Assembly: GCF_036321535.1 (NCBI RefSeq)
Contig: NC_087436.1
Coordinates: forward strand, 50,284,001-50,348,000
DNA: 64,000 nucleotides
From: Camelus dromedarius
Lineage: Eukaryota
Direction of reading: 5' to 3'
The translations under genes and the position numbers were made by a program. Of the stretch, positions 1 to 13,706 are shown piece by piece (positions within the stretch are counted from its first letter, which is position 1; every line of letters begins with the position of its first letter). A model generated the notes under the pieces. It made no database searches. It saw nothing but the letters and a program-made list of their open reading frames with translations, and was not told the DNA's origin.

Positions 1-885
1 CATGGGCATCCCCTAAGAACGCTGCTAGGTGTTCACTGTGAGGCTCCAGGAAAGATCCTCTTGTAGCTCTGGGTGAGGGGAAGAGTAACCAGTGTGAAAC
101 ACTCCCCAAACCTCCTCCGGACAAAAGCTGTCTTCTCCAGGGGGAAAGAACTTTGTCTGAAATCCCGAAATCCTATCTCAGCAGGGTGAAGGGAATTCCT
201 GCCCACTCTAGCCCTTCCTACCTTCTGTCTCATCTATAGGGAAAAACTATAATCAACAAGGGACAGGGCTTCAAGGATATGAATTATGAATTCTGCAGAC
301 AGGGAAGAGAATAGTGGACAAGGTTTACAAAAAAAAAAAAAAAAAACCTATAAACTGGAAGAGGATCAAGAACATTTGCGAAGGCCATAGGCCAGCCCAA
401 GGCAAAGTCCCACTAAAAGACAGATTTAATCAAAAGATTATAGAAAGTTTTCCCTCCCCTAAACCTTACCCTTCCAGCAAAAAGGCTCCAGTATAATAAC
501 AGTAATTACAACAGAAAGAGCTGCAAAGCAGACTCTCTCTGAAACACAATATACAGAGAAGCCTCTAAGACAAAAACAAGGACATTAGAGGAATTTGAAG
601 CTTCTGGTACCTATAGCTACAATAATCATTAAACACAGTCTAACTGTAAGACAAATGCACATAAATCCTCACACTAAAGATCTATTTATATTATTTCTTA
701 GTTTAATTCCTATTATTCAATACAATGTGTACAGCTCTCAGCAAAATAATCAAAAAGTATGCAAAAAGGCAAAAAAAAATCTATGCAGAAAAGACAACAC
801 AATCATCTAAACTAAAACTGACAATACACACATGTTGGAGTTATCAGAAGAGAAATAAAAATATTTATGATTAATGTTAAGGGTT
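1..885 (+). mobile_element. Probable ancient L1M 5' region / ORF1 start remnant
   Basis: A-rich degenerate sequence with an L1M-like segment (catgttggagttatcaga...tatgattaatgttaaggg). Contains A18 at 329-346. Confidence 0.4.
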
Positions 886-1265
886 TGTAATGGAGTCCTC
901 ATGAACACCCCCAGGCTCAATGATTCCCTGAAGGATTTTTGGGACTCAGAAAAAGCTGTTATACTTACAATTAAGGTTATTACAGTGAAAGAATACAAAT
1001 GAAAATCAGCAAAGGAAAAGATACATGGGGCAAAGTCTTAGTGAAAACAGGCACATGCTTCCAGGTATCCTCCCCTAGGGATTCACACAGGCATGCTCTT
1101 AATTCTCCCAGAAATGACATGTGAGAACACATGAGAAGTGCTGCCAACGAGGGACTCTCACTTGAGCTTTGATGTCTTGAGTTCTTACTGGAGATCAGTC
1201 ACACAGCGATGCAGCCCCCACATGACTTAGCCACTCAGATTCCAGATTCCTCCTCCAAAAATAAA
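886..1265 (-). mobile_element. ERVL-type LTR fragment (MER21/MER77-like)
   Basis: Motif caggctcaatgattccctgaagga...actcagaaaaagctgttatactt...tattacagtgaaagaataca...aaaatcagcaaagg resembles the MER21 family. Confidence 0.65.
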
Positions 1266-1280
1266 GCATTACATATATAT

Positions 1281-3520
1281 TAGAATAGCTACAATACAAA
1301 AAGCTAACAATAAAAATTGCTGGCAAGAATTCAGAGCAACAAAACTTTCATTCATTGCTCGTGGGAATGTGAAATGGTACAGCCATTTTGAGAGCCAGTT
1401 TGGCAATATCTTATAAAGCAAAACACAGTCTTACCATGATCCAGCAATGGCCCTCCTAGATACTTACACAACTGTTTGAAAACTCATGTCCACACAAAAG
1501 CCTGTACACAATGCTTATAGCAGCTTTATTCATAATCACAAAATACTGCAAGAAATCAAGATGTCCTTCCACAGAAAAATGAATAAACCAGCTGTGAGAC
1601 ATCCACATAATGGAATAATATTAACAATAAATATCATGCCCCACAAAGACATGGATGAATTTAAGTGTATACTGTTAAGTGAAAGAAGTCAGTCTGGAAG
1701 TGTCATATAATTCCATTTTTATGACATTCTGGGAAAGGTAAACTATGAAGTTGATAAACAGATCAGTGGTTGCAGTGGTTGTCAGGGTTTTGTAGAAGGA
1801 TATTTTTAGAGTAGTTGAGCCAAGATATGTTATACTGTAATACTAGTTAACATGACTTTTTGCACCCGTGTAAACCCATGATAATTTACAACCATAACAC
1901 AAATCTTAATGTATGCAAATTTAAATTTAAAAATCACTTATGAGGTTGAGAGTATCCCAGAATGGAATGCAGACTGTGACAAAAGAATCTAATTGCATTA
2001 AAATATATTAAATAACCTTATTTGTGAGGGTGGAAGAGAAAGTTCTGAGCTGAGCAATTGTGGCGATGACTGGAAGTTGTATGTTTAAAGGTAAAAGAAA
2101 CTACACATAAGCATTGTACTCTAATTGGTAAAGTTGTTTTCTCACAGAGGTACAAGTTAACAATTCTGAAATCACAACACAGGTATAAGGGAATTGAACA
2201 ACTAAGTAAATTAATGTCTGATGGTGAGATTCAGGTTTATCACAGTTGGAATGGAACAATATGGACGAGTAAAGAAAAAGCAGAAAGATCCTTGTAGTAC
2301 TGGGTTAGAGACATTAATACTAATCCATGTTTAGTCCAATAGAGAGAGATAGATACACATAGAAATATTTGTCGATGTAGGTATATACACAGGCTGGTGT
2401 ATACACAAATACTGTCCTGCTCTGTCCTCTGGGAGGGTCTAGAAGCAAGAACGGTTTAGTAGCAATAAACACACTCAGAGTCCAGATTTTATTTTCTAAT
2501 ACTATTCTCCAATCAAAGGAAATAGGGCTCCTCAGTTAAATGTCTGATTCTTGAACTGGAGCAGGAAATACTCTGGATGAGGCTAGAGCATCTTGTAGTG
2601 TTAGAAAGTAAGAATGCTAAAAACAATAATAACAAAATGGTAATTTGTCAAAGAGACAGAGAAGCCAACTAAAAGATCTCCAAGGGCCAAAGCCAGAATA
2701 ATTTCAGCAAGAAAATAAAAATAAACTGGTATTAAATTATAACCCAAAGTATAAAATATATATCCATGAGTCCATACTGATATAAATAAGTGACTTAATT
2801 AATAAATAAATGGGGAGGGAACAGAAAAACATCCTTTTATGTGGAAGAACTCCAAATAATTTACGTAGCTACTCCACCCTCAAGGAGAAGCATAACCACA
2901 AACTTCCTAAGCATGCATTGTGCATAGTGAGTACTGCTAAAGAAAACAATAGGGCCAGGGAGAAAAACATGAGGAAATTTTAAGTAGTTAAATTTGACAA
3001 ACACTAGCTCAGTCAAGCGATCGAGGTCAACACCAACAGCGATAAGCCATATTGATAGCACACACCCTTAATATCATATGATGAGAATGGCACTTTATCT
3101 CTGTGGTTGACCTCCACAAACCACGTAACCTCAGACTAATCATGAGAGGAGCATCTGATAAACTCACATTAAGGGGTATTTTATGAAATACCTGTCCAGT
3201 GGTTCTCAAAACACCGTCATCATAAACAGGCAAAGCCTGAGAAACTCTACAGCTTAGAGGAGCCCAAAGGATATGATAACTAAATGCATTAAGGTAGCCT
3301 AGATGGCATTCTGGAACAGAAAAATGACATTATGTAAAAAACTTAGGAAACCTGAATAAAATATATACTCTAGTTTATAATAATGTATCAATATTGGTTG
3401 ATTAGTTTTAACACATATATTATTCTAATGTAAGGTTTTTAACAGTAGGACAGGGTTATGAAGTACATGTGAAATCTCTGCATTATCTTTGCATCTTTTT
3501 TATAAAAAAATTATTTTTAA
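1281..3520 (+). mobile_element. Old L1 (L1MC/L1MD-like): ORF2 end and long 3' UTR
   Basis: tgggaatgtgaaatggtacagccattttgga...atgatccagcaat ORF2 C-terminal motifs, followed by typical L1MC/MD 3' UTR blocks. Confidence 0.8.
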
Positions 3521-3577
3521 GATAAGTACAATCATGAATTGATTATACTCAGTATAAAAATGGGGGTAAGTTATTGA

Positions 3578-4320
3578 TATTTTTTAATTTAAAAAATGTA
3601 TACAATTTTAAGGGTTACTTTCCATTTATAGTTATTACAAAATATTGGCTATATTCTCCACATTGTACAATACATCCTTGAGCATATCTTACACTCAACA
3701 GTTTGTACCATCCACTCCCTGACTCCTGTAATGCCTCTTCCCTACCCCACTGGTAACCACTAGTTTGTTCTCTGTATCTGTGAATTTGCTTCTTTTTTGT
3801 TATATTCACCAGTGTGTTGGTTTTTTTTAGAGTCCACGTATGTGATACCATACAGTATTTGTCTTTCTCTGTCTGACTTATTTCACTTAGCATAATGCCC
3901 TCCAAGTCCATCCATGTTTCTGCAAATGGCAAATTTTCATTCTTTTTGTGGCTGACTAGTATTCCATTGTAGTATGTATATAGATATATATACTTACTAC
4001 TTCTTTATCCATTCATCTGTTGATGGACAAAAGTTCAGTTGTAAATATGCTGCTATGAACATTGGGGTGCACGTATCTTTTCAAATTAGTGTTTTTGTTT
4101 CTTTTTGATATATATGCAGGAGTAGAATTGCAGGGTTATATGATAGTTCTATTTTTAGTTTTTTTGAGAACTGCCAGATTGTTTTCCACAGTGGCTGCAC
4201 CAATTTACATTCCTATCAACAGTGTAAGACGGTTCTCTTCTCCACATCCTCACCAACATTCGTTATTCGTATTCTTTTTGATGACAGCCATTCTGACAGA
4301 TGGGAGGTGAAATCTCATTG
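3578..4320 (-). mobile_element. 5'-truncated lineage-specific L1 with TSD
   Basis: Minus-strand L1 3' end (translates as MPFAETWMDLEGIMLSEISQTEKDKY). Flanking repeats tgggggtaagttattga (3561-3577) and tggaggtaaattattga (4321-4337), 15/17 identical. Confidence 0.92.
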
Positions 4321-5039
4321 TGGAGGTAAATTATTGAGTTTTAAACAGATATTTATCAGTACTAGAGAACAAATATATTTATTGCCAAAATGTACATTCC
4401 TTATACTCCCTGTGCCTATATACAGATGTAGATAAATTTAGGTGCTAGATAGCTTAATTACTGGCTCACATATTTAAAAATCTAATGCACTTATAAGGTG
4501 CAAAAGGGACTCAAAGCTAATTGATTAATGACTACATTACTTACATGAAATAACAATTTGTTCTATAAAATGTCTAAATATTTTTGTTCTGCTTTATAAA
4601 TTATAGCTCTTGTCTGAGGCTCTTTCTTTTTGAAAGAACGAAGTGAAGTAGAAAATATCACTGTCACTTTTCATTAGGCAATTTGGCAATAATCATTCTG
4701 TGGTGAATCCTTGTTGCTGTTGAATATAGCTATTGTGATGGTTTCTCCAAACACTGCTGAATAGTCACTGAACAACACCTCCCTTAACTCATGTAGCTCC
4801 CAAGGAATCAATTTTATGATAAAGTAAATTGAAAATGGTCTGAACATAAGACATATTAAAAGAATATCTACAATGAATCGAAGCAATAAACAATGTGGAA
4901 TTTTCTTTTTGTGAGCATTTGAGCATCAGTTGATAGTGGTTGCCAGAATTAAATATTACATCCTGACTACAAAATGATGACTTTTCTAACCATATGATTC
5001 CTTACACATGTGTTAGTTGGCATTTTTATGTAAAGCAGT

Positions 5040-5700
5040 CCCTGTCTCCCACCATTTTTTTTTGGTATTAAAATGGACACAGTTTATTTGTATTATGCAT
5101 TACTATCATGATTATTTTTTGATGCTGACTTGGCCCAGTTTGACCAGTGGAGGCGCCTTCAAGTCGGCTCTCTGCCCCTTTGTTCTGATTCTATCATTCT
5201 TTGAACACCTCTGTGTTTTCTCCATAATAAGACAGAACAGTTTTCCCTGTATTTTCCCTGCCCCAGTTCTGAAAGCTGTTAATTCTCTAATAATTCCTGG
5301 TTTCTTTTAGCGGAGTACAGCACTTAGAAACCAAGATTTAACCTCTCATTGTATATACTGATAGTAGGATGCTATTGTTTCTAGGTCCCTTCAGTGAGCA
5401 GAGCAAGGAAACTAAGTCATGAGTTCACACAGATACCACCAACTCAATTCCAACATTCTGAGTCCCCCCTAATTTTCGCTCATTCAATGTTTGTAACTCC
5501 CTTCTCCCATTAGGGGAACCCTCATTCCACATACACTTAATATTAATGTTTTTCTATGTCTTACAGTTATTTAAAAATAGCTCCATAATTACAAAACTAC
5601 TACCACTATTAAAAGCAAATCTACCATGTAAAGTTCAGAATTCCTTTGAAGTTCTTTCAGTCCTGATAGTTTATCTCACTCAGGGTTCACAGTCAGTGTC
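5040..5700 (-). mobile_element. Ancient L1M (L1MC/L1ME-like) 3' UTR fragment
   Basis: tttttgatgct...cccagtttgaccagtggaggcgccttcaagtcggct and cacttagaaaccaagat motifs typical of old L1M tails. Confidence 0.6.
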
Positions 5701-6100
5701 TAATACTTTGAATCGTTATTGATATTATTTCAAAGTTATTGGAATGATGCAAGGGGGAAATGATGGAGTGTATCAATAATTGCAGTAAAATCTGGAACAT
5801 CTAGAACAGCTCTGATATTGTCCATTTCTGAAACTCTTTCTCAAGCATTTCTATTAATGTTGTGAACAACTCAATAGCCTTCCAAAAACAAAAAAACAAC
5901 AAAACAAAACAAAACACATCATTTTAAGTTAGCAAGAGTTGATGTTGTTGTAACCAAAGAATCTGAGTCAGTACAAACGAAGTACCCACAGCAGGATCAG
6001 TTCATATTCCCTAGATACATACATGTTTTTTTGTTGACCTACTCACTCATGCTGTCTACTCCATTGTAAATTTCTTTCTCTCAATTTCCAGAGAGTGAAA

Positions 6101-6312
6101 TGTATGATTGCTGGAGCCAGACTGCTGAGTTTGGATCCTTCTTCTCCTACTTAAGTAGCTGTGAGTTATGTCATTTAATCTCTTTTAGCCTGAATTTTCT
6201 CATCTGTAAAATGATGATAATCAAATACCTAATTCATAAGGTTGTTATAATGATAAGTTAATAAATGTAAAACTTTAGAATAGTACCTGACACATAGTAA
6301 ATACTTCATGAA
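6101..6312 (+). mobile_element. MIR SINE
   Basis: ctggagccagactgc...ttttctcatctgtaaaatgatgataat...tagtacctgacacatagtaaatact (MIR core and tail). Confidence 0.85.
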
Positions 6313-6949
6313 TGTCGCAAAATGTATTGTAAGCAACCAAAATGCATGTGACTTTCCACATCTCTGATTCTTAGTGTGACCTCTCTTGGCATTTAATACA
6401 TTTGGCCTTTTAATATTATATTTCCTAACACAATGCCACACAGTGTAGATGCTCCAAAATATATGTATTATAAAAACGGATTAATTGTTGCATTGTTGAG
6501 ATAGTATTTAATTTTACTTCCCTTAAGGACAGATAGTGTGCAGTATGCATAATTATTTTCAATAATACTTGTTAAATTTAACTTAGAGACACAAAAGTAC
6601 TGTCTATTGCTTTATTGTTAGCCATTAAAACTTTGATCCCCTGTAAACAGAAAAGGGTCTCATTTGACCAAAATCTGGGAGCAAATTGCTCAAATCATTT
6701 ATTCCATTCAAGGCCTGGAATTTTTGATTCTAATTATCAGATTAAGTTGACTCAGTTCAATATCTGAAAGACTCCTTTTATGGAGAGGGTTAAAAATAGC
6801 AAAATATTTGTTGAGAATGAACCAAATTTGAGTGCTTGAGTTACATATAATTTCTTTTGTGTGTATATAAAGTTAATCATCAGTGTGCTCTTATGTATCA
6901 TTTTTCTGATCTCACAAATAAACACAATAATCCTTTACCAATATGTCTA

Positions 6950-7130
6950 TTGTTTCTACCTGTAATCAATATACATTAATTAATGAGATGTATTAATTTA
7001 ATTTTTCATAATAAGTGTTTGAGGTCTAGTGTGTATCTTATACTTAACACACATCTCAATTTGTACTGACCACATTTTAAGGGCTCCCTTAGCCACATGT
7101 GACTGGCGGCCACTGTGTTAGATAGCATAA
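6950..7130. mobile_element. hAT-Charlie MITE (MER3/MER33-like)
   Basis: tctagtgtgtatcttatacttaacacacatctcaatttg...tagccacatgtgactggcggccactgtgttagatagca. Confidence 0.75.
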
Positions 7131-9699
7131 ACTTAGTGTCTTACTATTTGCTTATGTTCTTGCTCAAAATAAAGCCTTTAAGCACTGTTTTTTTGTTTGT
7201 TTGTTTGTTCTGTCTATTGATATCTACTGAAGTTTTGCTTTGGACAAATAAAAACTCTCCAATTGAAGACAATCAACTGCTCTGCAGTTAATGAAATCAT
7301 TTTTGTTATGCTGAAGCTCTCTGCCTTTCTATACCTGAGAGTTCCACCTTATATATGTGCTACTCTTCAATGGATGTGATATTCCCTGTAATTTGTTTTT
7401 TTATCTGCATGCTTTAGAAAAAAATGACTGAAATTATTTTAGTGGAAAAAAATAATAGCCAACTGTGTAATAATCCTATGAAGCACTTTTAAAAAACACT
7501 ATTAAATATCCTCCTGGAAGAAGGAATTAATTGGCATTACCATGAAATCACTTCCCAGAAAGAATAAATTTGACCCAATTGGGCTCATTCAACTCTCAAA
7601 AATGCAAATTAATACTTTACATTTTTAATATAAAAGCAATTAATTAACTGTACTTCCGACCAGTGGGTTTTGTTACCTACTCAACTCATCCAGACAGTCT
7701 CTTACTGGAATTGGTCATCATGACCTCTCTTATTTGAGGTTACCAAGTCCTCCTGAGCAGTGTTTTTAAACTTTTTAATGATGACTTTTTTCATTTAAAT
7801 AAAATCTTTAAAGATAAAAATCTAATTTTATTAACGAGACAAAATAGAACCTCAATCTCTTTCTCTTATTTTTCCCCTCTGAGGATTCAGAGAAATTCTC
7901 TATGGCATCTCTATGGTGGTGAAAAACACAGAGAGAAAACAAATAGTTTAGAGCAATTACAAATATAATCACACTCAAATTCTGAATGTCTTTCCTACTT
8001 CTTCAACCTTAGAAAACCACATACACAAAAAGAGAATCCTCATCTTACTCCCAAATCCTCCAATAGCAGTTGTAACTACATCAGACCCTGCCAATTAAAT
8101 ATAAATATAGTCTGTAGAGCTATATTTATATTTCATTAGGCTATGTTTCCAAAAAAATTTACACTGAAAGCCCTGAATATTTATAGAAATAGAGCAAGTT
8201 CACACAGCATTATCACAGCTTCTTTCTTCTTGCTATCGTCCTTTTTGTTGTGTAGTACTTGATACATTGCTTTTCTGTGATGTGCTTCTGAAAACTAATA
8301 AGAAAATACCTCTCCACTATAAGCAGTCTATATTCTAACTCTTTGGTGGGTACCAACTACAATAGGAGCTATCACATAAAAATATTTTCCAAAATACTGT
8401 ACAAAGTGGGGAGATAAAGTTGGCTATAACTACAGTATATGCTAAGGGTAACATGCATTCTGAGATCATAGACTTCAAGAGCATTTATTACTATTTCTTT
8501 TCTTTACTATTTGACGGATGACTCCCTTCAGTAGAGTGATTCTAGTAAGTTAGTGGAAATGTGATTTTGTTCAAAATATTATTTAGTTCCAATTCCATGG
8601 ATAAAAGAAATCTGTAAAGAAATACCAGATTTTTAAAAAATCATTCATATTAGTAAAAGATTTTTATATATTCAGACGATTTTTCAAAAAACTATTGAGG
8701 AATCCCTTTTTTCACATTGTGGTATGAATTTAAACATACAAAATACATTTAAAATATAATTTTTCATGTGTTTTTCTGTTCTGCTTTGAAGCAAAAATCA
8801 GAATACAGAAACTACATATAAATAGTTGTTTATACATACAAGTTTCTTTGAAATTATTATTCATAGAAAAAAAGCAAAAGTTAAAGGGATTTATACTACA
8901 CGAGGAAGAGATTTCTTTCATGTTCCGGTAGCAGAGGCTTAACAAACAACTTCTTAAAAAATTATAAAGCACAGAATGATGTTCATGTGTAGTATTTTGA
9001 AATGCTGGCCTCTACAGTCAATTAAATATTTATTTAGCTCTTACATTGTGCACTGTGTATCTCCTACATTATTATGCTGAAGAAATTTTTTGAAAAGGTA
9101 GAAAGTTTATTCTCTGCCCTCAAAAAGAGTATTAGCATATCCCTGAATTTAAATTTCATTTATGATGGCTCTGTTGAGGTAGACGTAAAAGGATTCTGAG
9201 AACAAAACTAACCGAACAGGCAGATCTTACTTCCTCCCTGCCTTCTCTCCATCCCATTTTTCTCTCTTGAATCAAATGGTTTCTGAGGCCTTCAGACTGC
9301 TTCATTCAGGTGTTCTGAAATCTCTATTGAAAATAGGTATTCTCACTCAAGGGAGAGGGTATGTTTAGAGACCACTTTAAAAGAGATACTATGTTGCAAA
9401 GCCACAATTCACTATCTGGACATAAATTTATTCTAAGCGATCCGCAGGTGCCATTGGGAATAGAATAATATCTGACAACTCAACTATGCCTAGTCTCTCT
9501 GGTCCCAAGAGGGCATTAGGAGTTTGAAGGAGTTACTCTGTTGTTTCTGCTTCTTATGATGGAAAATTAGAAGGAAATAAGCTTTCCCCTAGTGCTTCAG
9601 GAAGATCCAGTTGCCAAGGGAGAGAAAGATGAGTTAAACAGAAGAATATCCAGCAAAATAGGATTGATGGAAGAGGCTCTTGAACACAAGAGAGACTTG

Positions 9700-10330
9700 A
9701 ACTTAAAAACGATGATAATGATGATTAACGAAATTAAGAAAAATTTGCTGTGGGTTGAAAAGTCTTTTTGAGTTAAAACAAAAATAAGCCAAAAAACATG
9801 ATTTACCACCTAAGAAAGTCAGTAGATGGACTGAATGAGAAGACAGAAACAGTTGTAACTTAAGTTAATGGCTTGGAAAATCAAGTTGAAGAAATATCTA
9901 AATCACAGAGCAAAACTGTAAATAAATAGATATAATGAAGAAAAAGATGGAAAGATTGGAGAATATATTAATGGTACATAAAGTATAAATAATAGTAGTT
10001 ATTTTTTTAAAGGAAGGCACAGATGCAGGGGGATAAAAATTTAAGCTAAGAATAGAAAATGGCCTCAAGATGGAAAGAAACAAAGTTTGAAGATTAAAAA
10101 AACTCACAGCTGGTCATGTCATTTCTGAATTTGAAAAAAATCTAAACTCTAGGAATAAGAAAATAATAATTACACAAGTTTCCAAACAGAAGTAAAATGT
10201 TATCTACAAAAAAATTAACCAAAAAATAAAATTTACATCAGAATTCTTTATAATACTGGCAGCTAAAATATAAATGAATAGTATCTACAGACTGAAAGTG
10301 GAATGCAACCATGAAACTTGAAGATGGAGT
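9700..10330 (+). mobile_element. Ancient L1 ORF1 / HAL1-like remnant
   Basis: Strong A bias on the + strand. ttggaaaatcaagttgaagaaatatct...acagagcaaaa and atcagaattctt resemble degenerate ORF1 coding sequence. Confidence 0.5.
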
Positions 10331-12206
10331 AAGACTAAGAAAAAAAAGAGTGATGAGAAATAAATTTTGCAATATATATAAATCTAGATTAAAATATTAA
10401 AAGATAGACAAATAATGTGTATGAAAATTGATAATTAATTTTCTTGAAACAGCTATACTTCAGGGGATATTAAAATGAAATTAAAGATCAAAATTACTAG
10501 ACTATCTCATCAAACAAAGAAGCTGGAGCAATACTGAAGAGGGAAGAAATAAAAAAGGGTGAGGAGAAAGAGACTGAGTCATATTTATCAGCCCTGTTTG
10601 ACAGCCAGCCAACTCCTCCATAGCTTCCTAGATGATGGACAAATGCTCACAGATGAATAAATAGGCAAGTTTTCCCCTTCTAAATCCATAATCTATAATC
10701 CATTGTCTCTGTCAGCACTACTGAGATTCCTTCCATCAGTTATGTACGGCTAATTTTCTAGATATATTGCTGGTTCATTGGCTATTGCCCTATAAATGTT
10801 AAAAATCTATGCTATATTACTATCAAACAGTCACAGTACAGATACTTTCCAGATGAAGTGACAACCTTCCACTTGAGACATCTATAACCATGTTGCATAT
10901 TTGCATAATTGTTGGGAGAGGCTCACTTAATCAGAACATTAGATAGTTTCTCAGGAACATTTAATGTAGGACTCAAAGTATAACAGCTACATGTTCATTT
11001 ATGTGGTTAATACCCTCAGTGGTTCCCCCTGTTGCATGTGCTTGCATATACCATTTCCATTTACTGGGGAAAGCCTCTGTGCATCTACCACCCTGTCATG
11101 ATGATGAACGTACATAACATAGGCCACAATAAGTATATCAAGTCTCAAAATAACTGCATTTTATTCAACAATAGAAGCAGTTTTAATTAAAGCCCAAGAA
11201 CTAGTTAGCAATTACTAGCTAGGTATGACAGTATATTGAGCACCAGTGTCCAGCAATACTTAAAAAATTTCTTCACTACTCCCAAGCCATTTTATCTATA
11301 CAAATGCAAATGACTTGTCAACTCCTGGTGACTCAATTGCTCCGGTCTCTAAGGGATTTAGATTAAGTGATCTCTACAGCCTCTCCAAAATAAGAGGCCT
11401 CTGAATACTTTGAGTTGATTTTTCTGTCCCTTGATTTCTTCAGCCATCTAAGGAAATTATTTACGTAGATGAAGCAATCACTTTCTTCTAAGCCCAGGGA
11501 CAACAATTGAGTCTATAGCCTCTTATCTGAAAAGTTATTTCTATAAATAAACTGCATCTTTTTACAAGTTTCTCTCTAAGGTTTCATAAACAGTCCTATT
11601 TACAGCTCAGCAGGCAATAATTTTTGCTGTCAAATAACAAACTGCAGCACCCAAAAAAGAGTGGTAATCAGTGCAAAGGCTAAGATCAGAATTTTCCCAT
11701 TTTAAGAATGATCTACTCAGATGTTTCCCCTCTCACTTATACTTGATCTATACTAACATAATAAGCTAGAAAAAATCTCAATAAGTCTATTAGTCTAAAG
11801 TTTCTGGAGAAATACATTTTTAAATCTCTGGACAAAGAATACCTGCTGAACAGAATGCAAGACATCAGGGTTGGATTAAAGATCTGCCAGGCAGAATGGA
11901 AATTATAAGCATAATCTCCTAAAGCAAAGAAAAAGTCTATTACATAACCCTACTTTTCATACTACCACTGAGACTCAGAAAGATGGCACAAACAAGAGAG
12001 TAAGCGTGGTCTTTGTTACTCCAGCATCCTTGTAGTCCTGCTAGTTTAAGCCAACAGGGGGAAATCTGTTAGGGGCAGAAAGCAAGGCAGCTTCTCTGTG
12101 GCTGGGGAATGTCGTGCCAGCGGGAGAAAAGGAACAAGGAAGGGAAGTACAACATAAAGATCTTTTATAATAGATACCAATTGAAAAATTAGTGCATCAA
12201 GCATGG

Positions 12207-12237
12207 GCACACACACGCGCACGCACGTGCACACACA
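12207..12237. repeat. Alternating purine-pyrimidine (CA/CG) microsatellite
   Basis: gcacacacacgcgcacgcacgtgcacacaca. Confidence 0.85.
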
Positions 12238-13309
12238 ATCATTAAGGCACAATTTATATCTTGGTTCTACTTTACTAATACATTATGAAAATTTAAAAAT
12301 ATGTATCAACAACATAAAACAGTTAAAGGATAAGACTGAAGAATAAAAATAATGAAAGTTTGAATATGTCCTATCCTAATGAATCATCTTGCACTAAATG
12401 GAATATATGTACCTCACTTGAAGACCAATGGTACAAAGGAGAGATGCTAGGATTAGAATCATGTATATTCATTTACATAAAATAATGCCTCCCATTTTAT
12501 TGTTTTATAAATGTTGTTATTCCTAGAGACTTTTAAATGTTATTTTTCTCAGCCTTTTCAGATTCTCATACTGGCTTATTTTATATAAATTTAATACATT
12601 TTCAAAACGTTATGAGAATGTTGAACCTAGAGATTCAACTACCCTGGGAATTTTGCTTTGCCATAGAAAACCACAAAAATAATGAGACTGTGAGGGTTAT
12701 TTCAAAATTAATATAATTCTCCCATATTTAAGCATCAAGTTAAAATCAGTTTAATTCATATATTACACAATGTATTTTTCTTAAAATATAACTGTAAAAT
12801 TAAAATTGGAGTTTCTGTTAATTGAAAAAGAGAGAGAGAGAAAGAGAAATATTTCCTGCCCTTGATCACATAATCTTATAAATTCTAGATTCTATCATTA
12901 TTAGATATTTGGCTGTTGTTTCCTAGAAACCCCTGATCTTTTTCTGTCAAGCAATTTGATACTATCAGGAATCCATGGTTTTTCAGATTAATAATGAAAG
13001 TGTCGAGTGAAATATCCTCACAGATGCTTTGTTTCTGTGAGAAAATGATAAGAACTCATTTCCATTCAAAATTTCTAATTGATGTCGTAATATAAACTAA
13101 ATATAAATTGACATGTAAATGATTTTGAAATACGTTCCCTTTTACATTTTTTTTTCATTTTGTTAGCTTTTAAGAAATACTGGTGTATTGCTTGTTTATC
13201 CACCTTGTCTATTTAACACTCCCTGTGTGATGTTTTGACATAGAAAACCACATTAGCCTCTTCCAATGACTTACCAATTAAATTGAGGCTAGAGAGTGAG
13301 TGATTAAGA

Positions 13310-13420
13310 CTATGGACTATGCTGTTGAAACATCTGGATTTGAATCCTGGTCCTGCCAGTTAAGTCACAAATTACTTCTCTGTTTGCTTCCTCACTCATA
13401 AAATAGAGATATTAATAACA
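13310..13420 (+). mobile_element. MIR fragment
   Basis: catctggatttgaatcctggtcctgcca...ttcctcactcataaaatagagatattaata. Confidence 0.7.
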
Positions 13421-13706
13421 ATTATGGCACTATGTATATTATTTATTAGATTATACATATTTCTACTATAATTCCATTATGTATGCTTCTGAAAGAGTCT
13501 GATTCAGGGAAAAACTTACATTTCAAAAATTAGCACATATGGGGAAAAAGGACTAGTGACACCTCTTAACTTTTATCCAATTTAATTACAGGAGCATTAA
13601 GAAAAGTTCCAGTCAGTACTAAGAAAGAGATTTTGGACTACTGAAGCAGGTTGCTCAGCATGACTGCAGGCAGCCTCAGCAGATATTAAAAGTGTACCAA
13701 CTTCTC